From the UHGV virus genome UHGV-0307316: a stretch of DNA of 64,000 nucleotides. One strand, 5' to 3'. The translations under genes were made by a program, and so were the position numbers. Of this stretch, positions 35,858 to 53,893 are shown piece by piece; the stretch's first letter is position 1, and each line of letters starts with the position of its first letter. Under the pieces are notes generated by a model. It had not been told where the DNA came from. It ran no database searches and saw only the letters and a list, made by a program, of their open reading frames with translations. This DNA comes from a virus.

Positions 35858-36096
35858 ATGGGTAATACTCTACAGACACCACTAACTGATGCTGCTGTAG
35901 AGGCAACCTATGAAGAAGCAGACGAGATGAAATTTGTGCTTGCTATTTATGGTATGGAAGGGTGTAAAGAAACACTTGACCAACTCTTTGCTATGACATT
36001 CTCTGATTTATTATCATTGAGACAATTTCTTGAAATTCAGAGGTCGTATAAAGAGGAAATTGCTTACAACGAACTTAGAAGAGCAGGAAAAATGTA

Positions 36097-36097
<1 letters not shown>
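35858..36097 (+). CDS. tail assembly chaperone, second ORF (putative)
   Basis: 79-aa ORF between chaperone and tape measure. Confidence 0.4.
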
Positions 36098-44206
<8,109 letters not shown>

Positions 44207-44208
44207 TA

Positions 44209-45381
44209 ATGGCAGTAGGTGAAATTCAAATTAGTGCCTTGCCTCAAGCATCCTTACCAATTGACCTTAGTGATATCTTCCATCTTAAGCAGGGTATTGA
44301 GGATAAGAGGTGTACTCTTGAGCAATTACTTGCTCCACACGCAAGCCTAAGAAATAACCCTCATGGTGTTACTAAAACACAAATTGGTTTAGATAATGTT
44401 ATTAATGCTCTTCAGTTAGTCGCTGCAAATAACTTATCAGATATTGTTAATGTAGCTGAGGCAAGAGCAAATCTACAGATTATGTCTTCAGAAGAGGTTA
44501 ATAACCTTGTCCAGCAACATATCAAGGACAAGAGTAACCCACACAATACAACTAAGGCACAGGTTGGTTTAAGTAATGTTCAGAACTGGACAACATCTAA
44601 TCTGTATAACGAAGATGCAGATAAGTATGCTACAGCAAGAGCATTAAATAACTTGTACAAGGCTGTTCAGGCTTCTTATCCAGTAGGTACTATCCATCTT
44701 TCTATGAACTCTGCAAACCCTTCCACATACTTAATTTGTGGAGGTACTTGGGAGTTAGTTTCAAAAGGCAGGGCATTGGTTGGCTATGACTCTGATACAA
44801 GACCAGCAGGTTCTATATTTGGCGCTTCAACTGTCACTTTGTCAGTTAATAACATACCTCAGCACTCCCACTCTGTGTCTCTTAGCGGTGGTGGTCACAC
44901 TCATAATGCAACTGTGTCAATTTCAGCTTTTGATTATGGGACTAAGACTACAAACTCTTTTGACTATGGGACAAAAGCTACTAACACAACTGGTAACCAT
45001 ACACACAGTGTGTCAGGTAACACTAGCACCAATGGTACTCACAACCATGATGTGTATCCTAGAGCAAATGATGGCTCTGGTAATGCTGTGGCTGACTCTG
45101 ATGGTGGTGGTCCAAGAAGGACATCAAGGACTTCTAGTGATGGTGCGCACTCACACAGCTTTAACGTCACATCTGGTGCATCAGGTGACCACAGCCACAC
45201 GGTTGGTATTGGTGCTCACAGTCATACAGTTGGTATTGGTTCACATACGCATAGTGGCACTGTAACAGTTTCTTCTTCTGAACATACACATAGTGGCAAT
45301 ACAAATAGTGTTGGTGGAGGTCAGGCAGTTAATATTGAACAGCCATCCTTCGTACTGTATGTATGGCAGAGAACAGCTTAA
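44209..45381 (+). CDS. tail fiber protein with His-rich HxH repeats
   Basis: C-terminal Gly/Ser/Thr-rich region with repeated HTHS/HSHT motifs and FDYGTK repeats; ends ...VWQRTA; terminator follows. Confidence 0.65.
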   Translation: MAVGEIQISALPQASLPIDLSDIFHLKQGIEDKRCTLEQLLAPHASLRNNPHGVTKTQIGLDNVINALQLVAANNLSDIVNVAEARANLQIMSSEEVNNLVQQHIKDKSNPHNTTKAQVGLSNVQNWTTSNLYNEDADKYATARALNNLYKAVQASYPVGTIHLSMNSANPSTYLICGGTWELVSKGRALVGYDSDTRPAGSIFGASTVTLSVNNIPQHSHSVSLSGGGHTHNATVSISAFDYGTKTTNSFDYGTKATNTTGNHTHSVSGNTSTNGTHNHDVYPRANDGSGNAVADSDGGGPRRTSRTSSDGAHSHSFNVTSGASGDHSHTVGIGAHSHTVGIGSHTHSGTVTVSSSEHTHSGNTNSVGGGQAVNIEQPSFVLYVWQRTA

Positions 45382-45391
45382 TTTCTTTACA

Positions 45392-45411
45392 GGGGCTTTA
45401 TAGCCCCTTTT
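45392..45411 (+). terminator. rho-independent terminator after first tail fiber gene
   Basis: GGGGCTTTATAGCCCC followed by TTTT. Confidence 0.6.
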
Positions 45412-45427
45412 AAGAGGAAAATTTATA

Positions 45428-47776
45428 ATGGCAGATTACAAATTGAGTGAGCTAAACTCAATCGACACAATCCGTTCAGATGACCTTCTTCATGTCAGAG
45501 TTAAAAAGAGACCTAAAATGCTGGGTGATGAAGACCGTCGAATGACCTATCAAGATTTCTTAGCATCTTTTAAGCTTGAAAGATTTGTTCAGATTGCTGG
45601 TAGCACTATGACGGGTGACTTAGGAATTGTTAAGCTACTTTACGGTGGCAAGGCTGTATTCGACCCCACAGGCTCTTCTGAGATTACTGTTGGTGATATT
45701 TTAAAGACTTTTAAAATCAACGCAAACGACCTTAAACTAACTATTGCAGACGCTTCAAGGTCGGCAACTGTTTATCATACTTTGAATAAGCCAAGCCCTA
45801 ATGAACTTGGGATGAGAACTAATGAAGAGAATGACGCAAGGTATGCAAGACTAGCCGTGAATAATACCTTTAGAGGTACTCAAGCTATCCTCTCTGACAA
45901 TGGAGCGCTCATTATTAAAAATATCACTCAAGGTGCTCCACTCTATCTTCGTGGTCAAGATGCAGATGGTACTAACAGATGGTATCTAGGTAATGATAAT
46001 AGGGGTACAAATAATCTTGTATTGAAGAATGTAAAGTCTGACGTTTCAATTGCTATTTTAGAGAATTTGGTGAAAGTCAACAGAACTCTTCAAATTGCTG
46101 GCCAAGTTCAGCCTTCAAGTTTTGCTAACTTAGATGCTAGGTATTTTACCCAGACAGCAGCTAATCAGAGATTTGCGCAGTTAGCTGGTAATAACACTTT
46201 TACTGGTACTAACACTTTCTCTAATTTTGTTGCTAAGAAGAATGCTGAAGCCATCACTCTGCGAAATGTGGACACTGCTCCCTCTTTATATATCCGAGCA
46301 AGAAAGTCAGATGGGAATTATAAGTGGTATATTGGTAATGACGGTGATGAGAACATTTTAAAAATCTATAACTATCTAACAGAAACACAAGTCTCACTAG
46401 GTAACACTATTGCCATGAGCAAAACAGTTCGAATTGATGGTCAAGTACAACCTTCTGATTGGACTAACATTGATTCTAGATATATTCCGGCAGCCACTTT
46501 GAGTAATCTCCCTAAACTTAATGTTGCTAATACTTTCACAAATGTGCAGACTATTGTATCAGATAATGAAGGTTTAGTATTAAGGAGCTTAACACAGGGA
46601 CAGCCACAATATATCCGTGGTGTTGATACTGCGAATGTATCTAGGTGGTGGCTGGGCGTAGGAACTGCTAATTCTAACGTGGTAACCTTGAGCAACAGCT
46701 TTTCAGGCACTCAAATTTCCCTAGAGCCAACATTGGTTAGTATGAATAAGAATCTGTATATTAATGGGCAGGTTCAACCAAAAAATTGGTCTAACTTAGA
46801 TGCTAGATACTTTGTTAAGACTCAGTTATTAAATCAATCTTTGATGACTGCATCTGTAGATAATCTTGAAAACCCTTCAGCATTTAATCTTGGGTATTCA
46901 GGTTTTGTCAGAAACAACAATGTGACTAGTGGTCTGAAAGAGTTGGCAATTCATGTTGCTCACTCTAGTAAGACTGCTGCACACGCAAGGGGTATCTCTT
47001 TTGTATACGGTTCAAACGGTTTGGCAACATTCACCTATGCCTATGACAAAAATGGTGACTATGCCGGAGAGGCACAGATTTACACAACTGATTTTAAACC
47101 AACCCCTTCAGAGATTGGTGCATATACTAAAGCAGAAACTGACCAGAAATTTGCAACAGCAATTAGTGACTCTACAGACCTTAATAAAATCTATCCAGTA
47201 GGTATTGTAACTTGGTTTAACAGTGATGTTGACCCTAATACAGCACTACCTGGGTTAACTTGGACGTATCTTAACAATGGTGTTGGTAGGACTATCAGGA
47301 TTGCAGCAGCAGATGGTTCAGATGTTGCTACAACAGGTGGTTCAGACTCTGTGGTGTTATCTGTTGGTAACTTACCGTCACACACCCATAGTTTCTCTGC
47401 TACCACTTCATCTTTTGATTATGGTACGAAGAACACTAATAGTACTGGTGCTCACACCCACTCAGTTAGTGGTACTGCTGCATCTGCTGGGCAACACGCA
47501 CACAGAATTTCACAGGGTGACAACGCTAACGTTCCATCAGGTAGAGTTGCATCTTCGAACTCTGCTCAGACCCATGTTGGTTGGACTGAAAATGATGGTG
47601 CTCACACCCACTCAGTTAGTGGTACTGCTGCATCTGCTGGTGGACATGCTCACTCTGTAGGTATTGGTGCTCACAGCCACACAGTTAGTGGTAACACTGG
47701 TGGTACAGGCTCTGGTTCAGCATTTAGTGTTACTAACCAGTTCTACAAGTTAATGGCTTGGGTAAGAACTGCTTAA
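45428..47776 (+). CDS. long tail fiber protein with His-rich HxH repeats
   Basis: 782-aa protein; C-terminal 120 aa homologous to 44209-45381 product; ends ...AWVRTA. Confidence 0.7.
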   Translation: MADYKLSELNSIDTIRSDDLLHVRVKKRPKMLGDEDRRMTYQDFLASFKLERFVQIAGSTMTGDLGIVKLLYGGKAVFDPTGSSEITVGDILKTFKINANDLKLTIADASRSATVYHTLNKPSPNELGMRTNEENDARYARLAVNNTFRGTQAILSDNGALIIKNITQGAPLYLRGQDADGTNRWYLGNDNRGTNNLVLKNVKSDVSIAILENLVKVNRTLQIAGQVQPSSFANLDARYFTQTAANQRFAQLAGNNTFTGTNTFSNFVAKKNAEAITLRNVDTAPSLYIRARKSDGNYKWYIGNDGDENILKIYNYLTETQVSLGNTIAMSKTVRIDGQVQPSDWTNIDSRYIPAATLSNLPKLNVANTFTNVQTIVSDNEGLVLRSLTQGQPQYIRGVDTANVSRWWLGVGTANSNVVTLSNSFSGTQISLEPTLVSMNKNLYINGQVQPKNWSNLDARYFVKTQLLNQSLMTASVDNLENPSAFNLGYSGFVRNNNVTSGLKELAIHVAHSSKTAAHARGISFVYGSNGLATFTYAYDKNGDYAGEAQIYTTDFKPTPSEIGAYTKAETDQKFATAISDSTDLNKIYPVGIVTWFNSDVDPNTALPGLTWTYLNNGVGRTIRIAAADGSDVATTGGSDSVVLSVGNLPSHTHSFSATTSSFDYGTKNTNSTGAHTHSVSGTAASAGQHAHRISQGDNANVPSGRVASSNSAQTHVGWTENDGAHTHSVSGTAASAGGHAHSVGIGAHSHTVSGNTGGTGSGSAFSVTNQFYKLMAWVRTA

Positions 47777-47855
47777 TCCCTTGTTAACTGATTGTTAAGA
47801 TGGTGTTAATATTCTTTATGGGTATTCTCACCATCTTGGCTGATGAGGTGATTAA

Positions 47856-48050
47856 ATGCCTACAATCCTAGCAATTCTTCTAAAAAATCTAGGTAGCTTC
47901 TTCTGGAAACTCATTTTATCCCTTCTAAGTGAATACATGATTGAGAAAGTGTTCTTTAAGCTTGCAAGATATCTTGCGAGTAAAACAGACACACCTATTG
48001 ATGATGAGTTCGTAGATAACTTAGAAAAAGCTTTTAAGGGGGAGAAATAA
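47856..48050 (+). CDS. small membrane protein (holin-like candidate)
   Basis: 64-aa ORF with hydrophobic N-terminal helix. Confidence 0.35.
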   Translation: MPTILAILLKNLGSFFWKLILSLLSEYMIEKVFFKLARYLASKTDTPIDDEFVDNLEKAFKGEK

Positions 48051-48422
48051 ATGAAGTGGCTAGAGGAAGCTTTTAAAAATAATATTGGTGCAATTGTAGT
48101 TGGTATTTTTAGTGTTATTGGGATGTATACCACCATGCAAGTTTCAAGTGGTAAACAAGAAGTGTCTGTCACAACAAAGTTACAGCAGCTAGATAATTAT
48201 TCAAAAAGTAACTATTCAGCTATTCATGATTTACAGTCTGACATGAGATTGATTCAGCTAGGGATGGAGAACCAGAAAGTTCAGTTAGAGAATGTTAAGG
48301 GCGAAAACGCAAAACTTACCAAAACTCTTGATAAATTCTCTGACAGTGTAAATAATCTGGCTCAATCAGTATCAGCCCTCCAAGCTATTACTGAGAAGAA
48401 CACAAAGAATACTGAAAAATAA
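48051..48422 (+). CDS. membrane-anchored coiled-coil protein (spanin-like candidate)
   Basis: N-terminal TM helix then coiled-coil-like region; followed by terminator. Confidence 0.4.
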   Translation: MKWLEEAFKNNIGAIVVGIFSVIGMYTTMQVSSGKQEVSVTTKLQQLDNYSKSNYSAIHDLQSDMRLIQLGMENQKVQLENVKGENAKLTKTLDKFSDSVNNLAQSVSALQAITEKNTKNTEK

Positions 48423-48429
48423 AATTTAA

Positions 48430-48455
48430 GGCTCCCGTAAAAAGGAGCCTTTTTT
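48430..48455. terminator. bidirectional rho-independent terminator between convergent blocks
   Basis: GGCTCC-CGTAAAAA-GGAGCC flanked by A-run upstream and TTTTTT downstream. Confidence 0.65.
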
Positions 48456-48458
48456 GTT

Positions 48459-49358
48459 TTACTTACCTACTGACAGAGGTGCTTCAATCTTCCCTGCATG
48501 TTGGTAGTTGTTAATGCCACCAATAAAATCACTTGCAGTGAGATGTTTTAGGTCACTTAAAGTGTTAAGTGGGATACCAATCTCAAAAGTTGGTGCATGG
48601 AACTCTTCATTGTTCATCAGTTCATAAACCTGCTTCATATGGTTCTGATAAATCTGAGTATCTCCAAAGACACCTATCAAATATCGTGGAGTGTATCCAG
48701 TCATCTTACAAAGGACTTCCAGAATAAAACCATAAGATGCAATGTTAAACGGAAGCCCTAAAAAGGTGTCTACAGAACGCTGATACCATTGTAAGTCAAC
48801 TTCACCCTCGTTGGTGATATAAATCTGAAACAGAACATGACAAGGTGCTAAAGCCATTGAGTTTGCTGCAATATCTGCTGCATTCCAAGCGTTAACAAGC
48901 ATGTAACGGTCTGTGATATCACCCTTCATCTTCGCTACTAAGGTCTCTAACTGGTCTACAACACAACCATCATGACCCTCAAAGTTTCTCCACTGAACCC
49001 CGTAGATTCTACCACCTGCATCCTCTAACCAGTCTTGTTCAGAGGAATAATTAGAGCTTAACCAGCGTTTAAAATCATCTGACCAGATAGTCCAGCGTTC
49101 CCCATCATTTTCACCCCAAGTACGGTAACGAAGTTCACCAAGTTTATTCTCACCATTCAGGAACCATAAAGCTTCCCCAATAACTTGCCGTGTAAACACC
49201 TGTTTAGATGTTAAGAGTGGGAAACCAGTTCGCATATCAAAACGAAACTGTGGTGGAGCAAATGCAGAGATAACCTCTCCAGTTCGTGTAGTACGCAGTT
49301 CACCAACGGATAAAACATGGTTCAGGATATTTTTGTAACTCAAATCAGCTTGTGACAT
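48459..49358 (-). CDS. thyA: thymidylate synthase
   Basis: ThyA motifs RIYGVQWRNF, active-site LAPCHVLFQIYI, QRSVDTFLGLPFNIASYG. Confidence 0.9.
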   Translation of the reverse strand: MSQADLSYKNILNHVLSVGELRTTRTGEVISAFAPPQFRFDMRTGFPLLTSKQVFTRQVIGEALWFLNGENKLGELRYRTWGENDGERWTIWSDDFKRWLSSNYSSEQDWLEDAGGRIYGVQWRNFEGHDGCVVDQLETLVAKMKGDITDRYMLVNAWNAADIAANSMALAPCHVLFQIYITNEGEVDLQWYQRSVDTFLGLPFNIASYGFILEVLCKMTGYTPRYLIGVFGDTQIYQNHMKQVYELMNNEEFHAPTFEIGIPLNTLSDLKHLTASDFIGGINNYQHAGKIEAPLSVGK

Positions 49359-49359
49359 A

Positions 49360-49905
49360 TCAAAAGTGTCCTTTTACTTGTGGAACATAAATTTCAAAGG
49401 TTGCTTTACCATCATCCGATGGCCTTGACTGTACCTTTGCAAATACACGGCTATCATACAGCTTCTCAAAGAAGTTTTCAAAAGGTAAATGCACAGTGGC
49501 CTCTTCAGTAACTTTATGGAAGACTGTATGGAACACCACACCAGCATACGGTAAAGCATTGACAAGGACACCTGCACCACCAATTACAAAGACATCTTCA
49601 TCAATAGAGCTATCAAGATACTTCAAAAATGCTCCAAATGACTCTTTACTGGCTTTAGCATACATTACATCATCTTTGCCAAAGTCTATGCCTAAGTATG
49701 GTACAGAATTTGTTAAGATTAGGTTTGCACGTTCTGGTAGAGGTTTACTACCCAGAGTCTTAAAAGTCTCATTACCCATCACTACTAAGTTATTTTTAGT
49801 GAGTCTCTTAAACTCTTGCATGTCCTGTTTATGTCGAGGCCACGGCATACCAGTTGGAGTACCAAACTCACCATTTTCACCACTTGCAAAGATTAATTTA
49901 ATCAT
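49360..49905 (-). CDS. folA: dihydrofolate reductase
   Basis: N-terminal IFASGENGEFG..MPW and VVMGNETFKTLG..PLPER resemble DHFR; adjacent to thyA. Confidence 0.8.
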   Translation of the reverse strand: MIKLIFASGENGEFGTPTGMPWPRHKQDMQEFKRLTKNNLVVMGNETFKTLGSKPLPERANLILTNSVPYLGIDFGKDDVMYAKASKESFGAFLKYLDSSIDEDVFVIGGAGVLVNALPYAGVVFHTVFHKVTEEATVHLPFENFFEKLYDSRVFAKVQSRPSDDGKATFEIYVPQVKGHF

Positions 49906-50162
49906 TTTGTAAATCCTTTCTTAATGAACCAGTTGATAACACTCTTCACAACTTTACTACGATGGTAGATAAAATGTGGAGAGGGTTGGTATGAACCATA
50001 AGCCCAGAAAGCGATAATTTCATTACACACTGTGCATCGGGTACTTTCTTCAGCAATATGACCGTTAACTATTTCACTTACCTCACCTTGTAAGTCTGTA
50101 CACCCACAATGTGGACAACGGATAGGTGTTCCATCAGACTCATAGCAGTGTTCAATTTTCAT
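49902..50162 (-). CDS. zinc-ribbon protein
   Basis: CPHCGC ... CTVC four-Cys motif. Confidence 0.5.
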   Translation of the reverse strand: MKIEHCYESDGTPIRCPHCGCTDLQGEVSEIVNGHIAEESTRCTVCNEIIAFWAYGSYQPSPHFIYHRSKVVKSVINWFIKKGFTK

Positions 50163-50678
50163 CTATTTAACCTCAAAAACTGGTTCAAGAACCAATATAA
50201 AGTCTACACAGTCATCTTCTTCATCCAGAATACCATCAAAGTTCTTAGGTACAAAGTCGAAGAGACTCATAGAATATCGGTCAGAAGTAACCCTGATAGT
50301 GTTCCCTAGATTCTCTACAGTTAATATTGTACGGCTTTCTGTTACCTCACTTAGAAGATTACTCACAAAGTCATCTAAGAAGTGTTTCATCAGTGACTTG
50401 AAGCCTTTAGGGTAATCTGTACCAGAGTATGTTTCAATCTGAGGAACAAGCTTAACATTTATACTAGTCTTTGTTAAGAACGTTTTAGAGAACATGCTAT
50501 CAGGTAGCTTACAAACAGTCTTTCCAGTACCTTCATGTTCAATCTCAACAAAACCAGCTTCGTCGCCACATGTAACTATTTTAAAAGATGCTTCATTCTC
50601 ATACTGTGAAGCCATAAACTTTTTAAGCATCTCTTTAAGGAAATCTGCATGAGCATCTTGTAAGTAGACATCAATCAT
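50163..50678 (-). CDS. hypothetical protein
   Basis: ORF. Confidence 0.55.
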   Translation of the reverse strand: MIDVYLQDAHADFLKEMLKKFMASQYENEASFKIVTCGDEAGFVEIEHEGTGKTVCKLPDSMFSKTFLTKTSINVKLVPQIETYSGTDYPKGFKSLMKHFLDDFVSNLLSEVTESRTILTVENLGNTIRVTSDRYSMSLFDFVPKNFDGILDEEDDCVDFILVLEPVFEVK

Positions 50679-50691
50679 AGTTAATCACCTA

Positions 50692-51051
50692 TTATGGGAA
50701 CAGACACTTAATGTCATCGTTTTTGAAAACGAAACTTGTGTAGTTGTGACCATCAACATCCAACCAAACAGCCTGAACATCTACACCATCAATATTCTGG
50801 TAAAGCTCTTTAATGAAGTGGTCTTTCACAAACTGACTGCTAGTGGTTTCCAGCTTGATGTTTGAGATTGCTGAACCTACAGCCATATAACCCATGACAC
50901 GTTTCTTCTCAGTATGCTTAATCTTACCATCTTTGTAAGCCATAATGAGATTGGAGAGAATCTTCACACCATAATACTTTTCAAGGTGAGTAGGTACACC
51001 GTAAAAGCCTAATGCGAAGTTTTCAGAGTGGATAATGTTTTCACGTTTCAT
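50692..51051 (-). CDS. hypothetical protein
   Basis: ORF. Confidence 0.55.
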   Translation of the reverse strand: MKRENIIHSENFALGFYGVPTHLEKYYGVKILSNLIMAYKDGKIKHTEKKRVMGYMAVGSAISNIKLETTSSQFVKDHFIKELYQNIDGVDVQAVWLDVDGHNYTSFVFKNDDIKCLFP

Positions 51052-51052
51052 A

Positions 51053-51382
51053 TTAATCTGCCAACCTTAAATTAAAATTAACACCAAATTTTTCACATAC
51101 TTCCAACATATACTCAAGGGAGACATTACCAGTGAGATGAATTATGTTGGACACACGAGCCTGAGAGATACCACAAATTTTAGCAACTTGCTCTTGAGAA
51201 AGACCTCTGGATTTAATCTCTCTCTTAAAACGATGTGCAACGAAGTCTCTCATTTCGTCTACATCCATTGGACAAATATAACTCTCCATTTCAGCCTCTC
51301 TATCAGCCTCCCAATCATCTTGTGGGGCATAAGGGTCAAAAACCTCATTCATCTTTCTTCTTCCGTTTGCGTGAAGTATCAA
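51053..51382 (-). CDS. HTH XRE-family transcriptional regulator
   Basis: LSQEQVAKICGISQARVSNI helix-turn-helix motif. Confidence 0.6.
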   Translation of the reverse strand: MILHANGRRKMNEVFDPYAPQDDWEADREAEMESYICPMDVDEMRDFVAHRFKREIKSRGLSQEQVAKICGISQARVSNIIHLTGNVSLEYMLEVCEKFGVNFNLRLAD

Positions 51383-51557
51383 TTAATGAGTCTATGTTAG
51401 TAGCCCTGACCTTTTCACGTTCATCGTTAAGATAATCATCAAGAGCCTTTTCAATCTGTGAATCATCTTGACAGATAACTGTAAAGACTGTAAAGCCGTC
51501 TGTATCGTCAATTATCTTACCATAACCGCTTCTGGGATGTAACTTTTTAAGAGCCAT
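51345..51557 (-). CDS. hypothetical protein
   Basis: ORF. Confidence 0.4.
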   Translation of the reverse strand: MALKKLHPRSGYGKIIDDTDGFTVFTVICQDDSQIEKALDDYLNDEREKVRATNIDSLIDTSRKRKKKDE

Positions 51558-51558
51558 A

Positions 51559-51942
51559 TCAAATACCTGTGCAGCTTCTGTTTTCTAAGAAATACTCAAC
51601 ACCATACATAGCTTTTTGCATCAAATCTTCTTTAAACTGAATACGATGATTAAGCATAGCCTGTACATCAATATCATCATGGTGCTTCTCTTTAATATTT
51701 GCAGATTGCAGGAAATACTCTGCAAGAACACGATACTGATAGTCAGTTACCTTGTCAGTCATCTCTGTTAAAGACTCTTCAGAGATTGGTTTAAGTAACT
51801 CACCATTAGCCAAAGCAACACCTTTAACAATCTGACAAGTGTCTTCTGGAACACCTGATAAGTCCACATTTGGAAGTTCTGTTGCATTGACTGGTAAATT
51901 CATTGCCATAACCATTGCAGCAGCTAATAAAATCTTTTTCAT
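51559..51942 (-). CDS. secreted/periplasmic protein
   Basis: N-terminal signal peptide MKKILLAAAMVMAMNLPVNA. Confidence 0.55.
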   Translation of the reverse strand: MKKILLAAAMVMAMNLPVNATELPNVDLSGVPEDTCQIVKGVALANGELLKPISEESLTEMTDKVTDYQYRVLAEYFLQSANIKEKHHDDIDVQAMLNHRIQFKEDLMQKAMYGVEYFLENRSCTGI

Positions 51943-52423
51943 AATGACCTCAAAGTTATATTGAATTTTGTATTACATTGAGTATAAAAATAAGCTATAA
52001 CACCTGACTTGTCAACAGACTTTATAGCTTATTTGGCAGATTTTTTATAAGGCTACTGCCATCCTTCCATACCACACCTCACCCAACCATACCATGCCTT
52101 ACCAGACCGCACCTTGCCTCATTAAAAGACCCTCTTAAAAGACCTTTTAAAAAGGTAAGTCTCATTTTAATGTAGCTGAGACTAACTACCCGCACCGAAC
52201 CTCACCTGACCTGACCGCGCCATACCTAACCGCGCCTTACCACACCTCACTTAAAAACCCTATGAGATACTCTATCGAATATAATTTAAAGACTCTTAAG
52301 TGATGTAATCGAATTTTTATGTAGCTCCGATTAACTACCCGCACTTTACCAAACCTCACCCTACCCTACCAGACCTTACCTAACCGCGCCGTACCTCATT
52401 AAAAGACCCTCTTAAAGACCTTT

Positions 52424-52447
52424 TAAAAAGGAGCCTCCGAAGAGGCT
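52424..52447 (-). terminator. rho-independent terminator
   Basis: Minus-strand hairpin GCCTC-TTCGG-GAGGC followed by T-run. Confidence 0.5.
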
Positions 52448-52458
52448 ACCTAGTCAAC

Positions 52459-52899
52459 TTAGAAAGGTTTTCTACGTTGCTTGTTAATGTTAGCTTTCAT
52501 AGCAGCTAAATGGTTTTGCTGTTCAATTAGTCGTGAACGTTCTTGATGGCTAAGTACCATAGTGTTCACATTCTCAATCGCTTGAGTGGCTTGCTTTAAA
52601 GCACGACCAATCTTACCAGACATTTTACGTTTTGCAATAGTTGCTTGATGCTTAGGTTCAACCACACGATAACCAACACCCATTGAAGCAACCAGATAAA
52701 TCTTCTCTTCTTTAAGAAGCTTCTCAATAAACTTCTCAAGTCGATTTAAGCGTGTAAGTGCGTAAGCTTTCATTTCATCTTCGTACTTAACAATGTCACC
52801 TTGATAAGTTGGCTTCACAATACCTAAGAAGGTATCCATCTCAGAGTGTGATACAGTGTCACCGTAACTAAACTTTGCTGCTAATGCTTTTGTATTCAT
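52459..52899 (-). CDS. hypothetical protein
   Basis: ORF; terminator downstream at 52424-52447. Confidence 0.55.
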   Translation of the reverse strand: MNTKALAAKFSYGDTVSHSEMDTFLGIVKPTYQGDIVKYEDEMKAYALTRLNRLEKFIEKLLKEEKIYLVASMGVGYRVVEPKHQATIAKRKMSGKIGRALKQATQAIENVNTMVLSHQERSRLIEQQNHLAAMKANINKQRRKPF

Positions 52900-52901
52900 A
52901 A

Positions 52902-53507
<606 letters not shown>

Positions 53508-53893
53508 TTAGTTGATTGTTAAGTTGTTTGTAAAGAACCCTCAACAGAAGACTCTTTAGAAACTTGGTAGATTTTTAACGTGGATACTACCATCCACCCA
53601 TACCGTGCCACACCACACCGGACCGTACCATGCCCAACCCTACTACACCAGACCTTATTAAAAGACCCTCTCCAAAGACCTTTTAAAAAGGTAAGTCTCA
53701 TTTTAATGTAGCTGAGACTAACTACCCATACATTACCGCACCATATTATACCCTACCCCACCATACTTCACTGCACCGAGCCACGCATTACATCACTTAA
53801 AAAACCTTTTCAAAGACTCTTAAGTGATGCTGGTGAGTACCCGTTGGTTTATGCTGCTCAGTATACTCACCAAATTTTCTATGTCAACAACTT

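Noticed and set aside
44780-45265. 161-aa plus-strand ORF in another frame within the tail fiber gene
   Set aside because: Overlaps the His-rich fiber gene completely; Leu/Val/Thr-rich low-complexity product typical of an out-of-frame reading of a repetitive gene. The same applies to 46953-47201 and 47277-47660.
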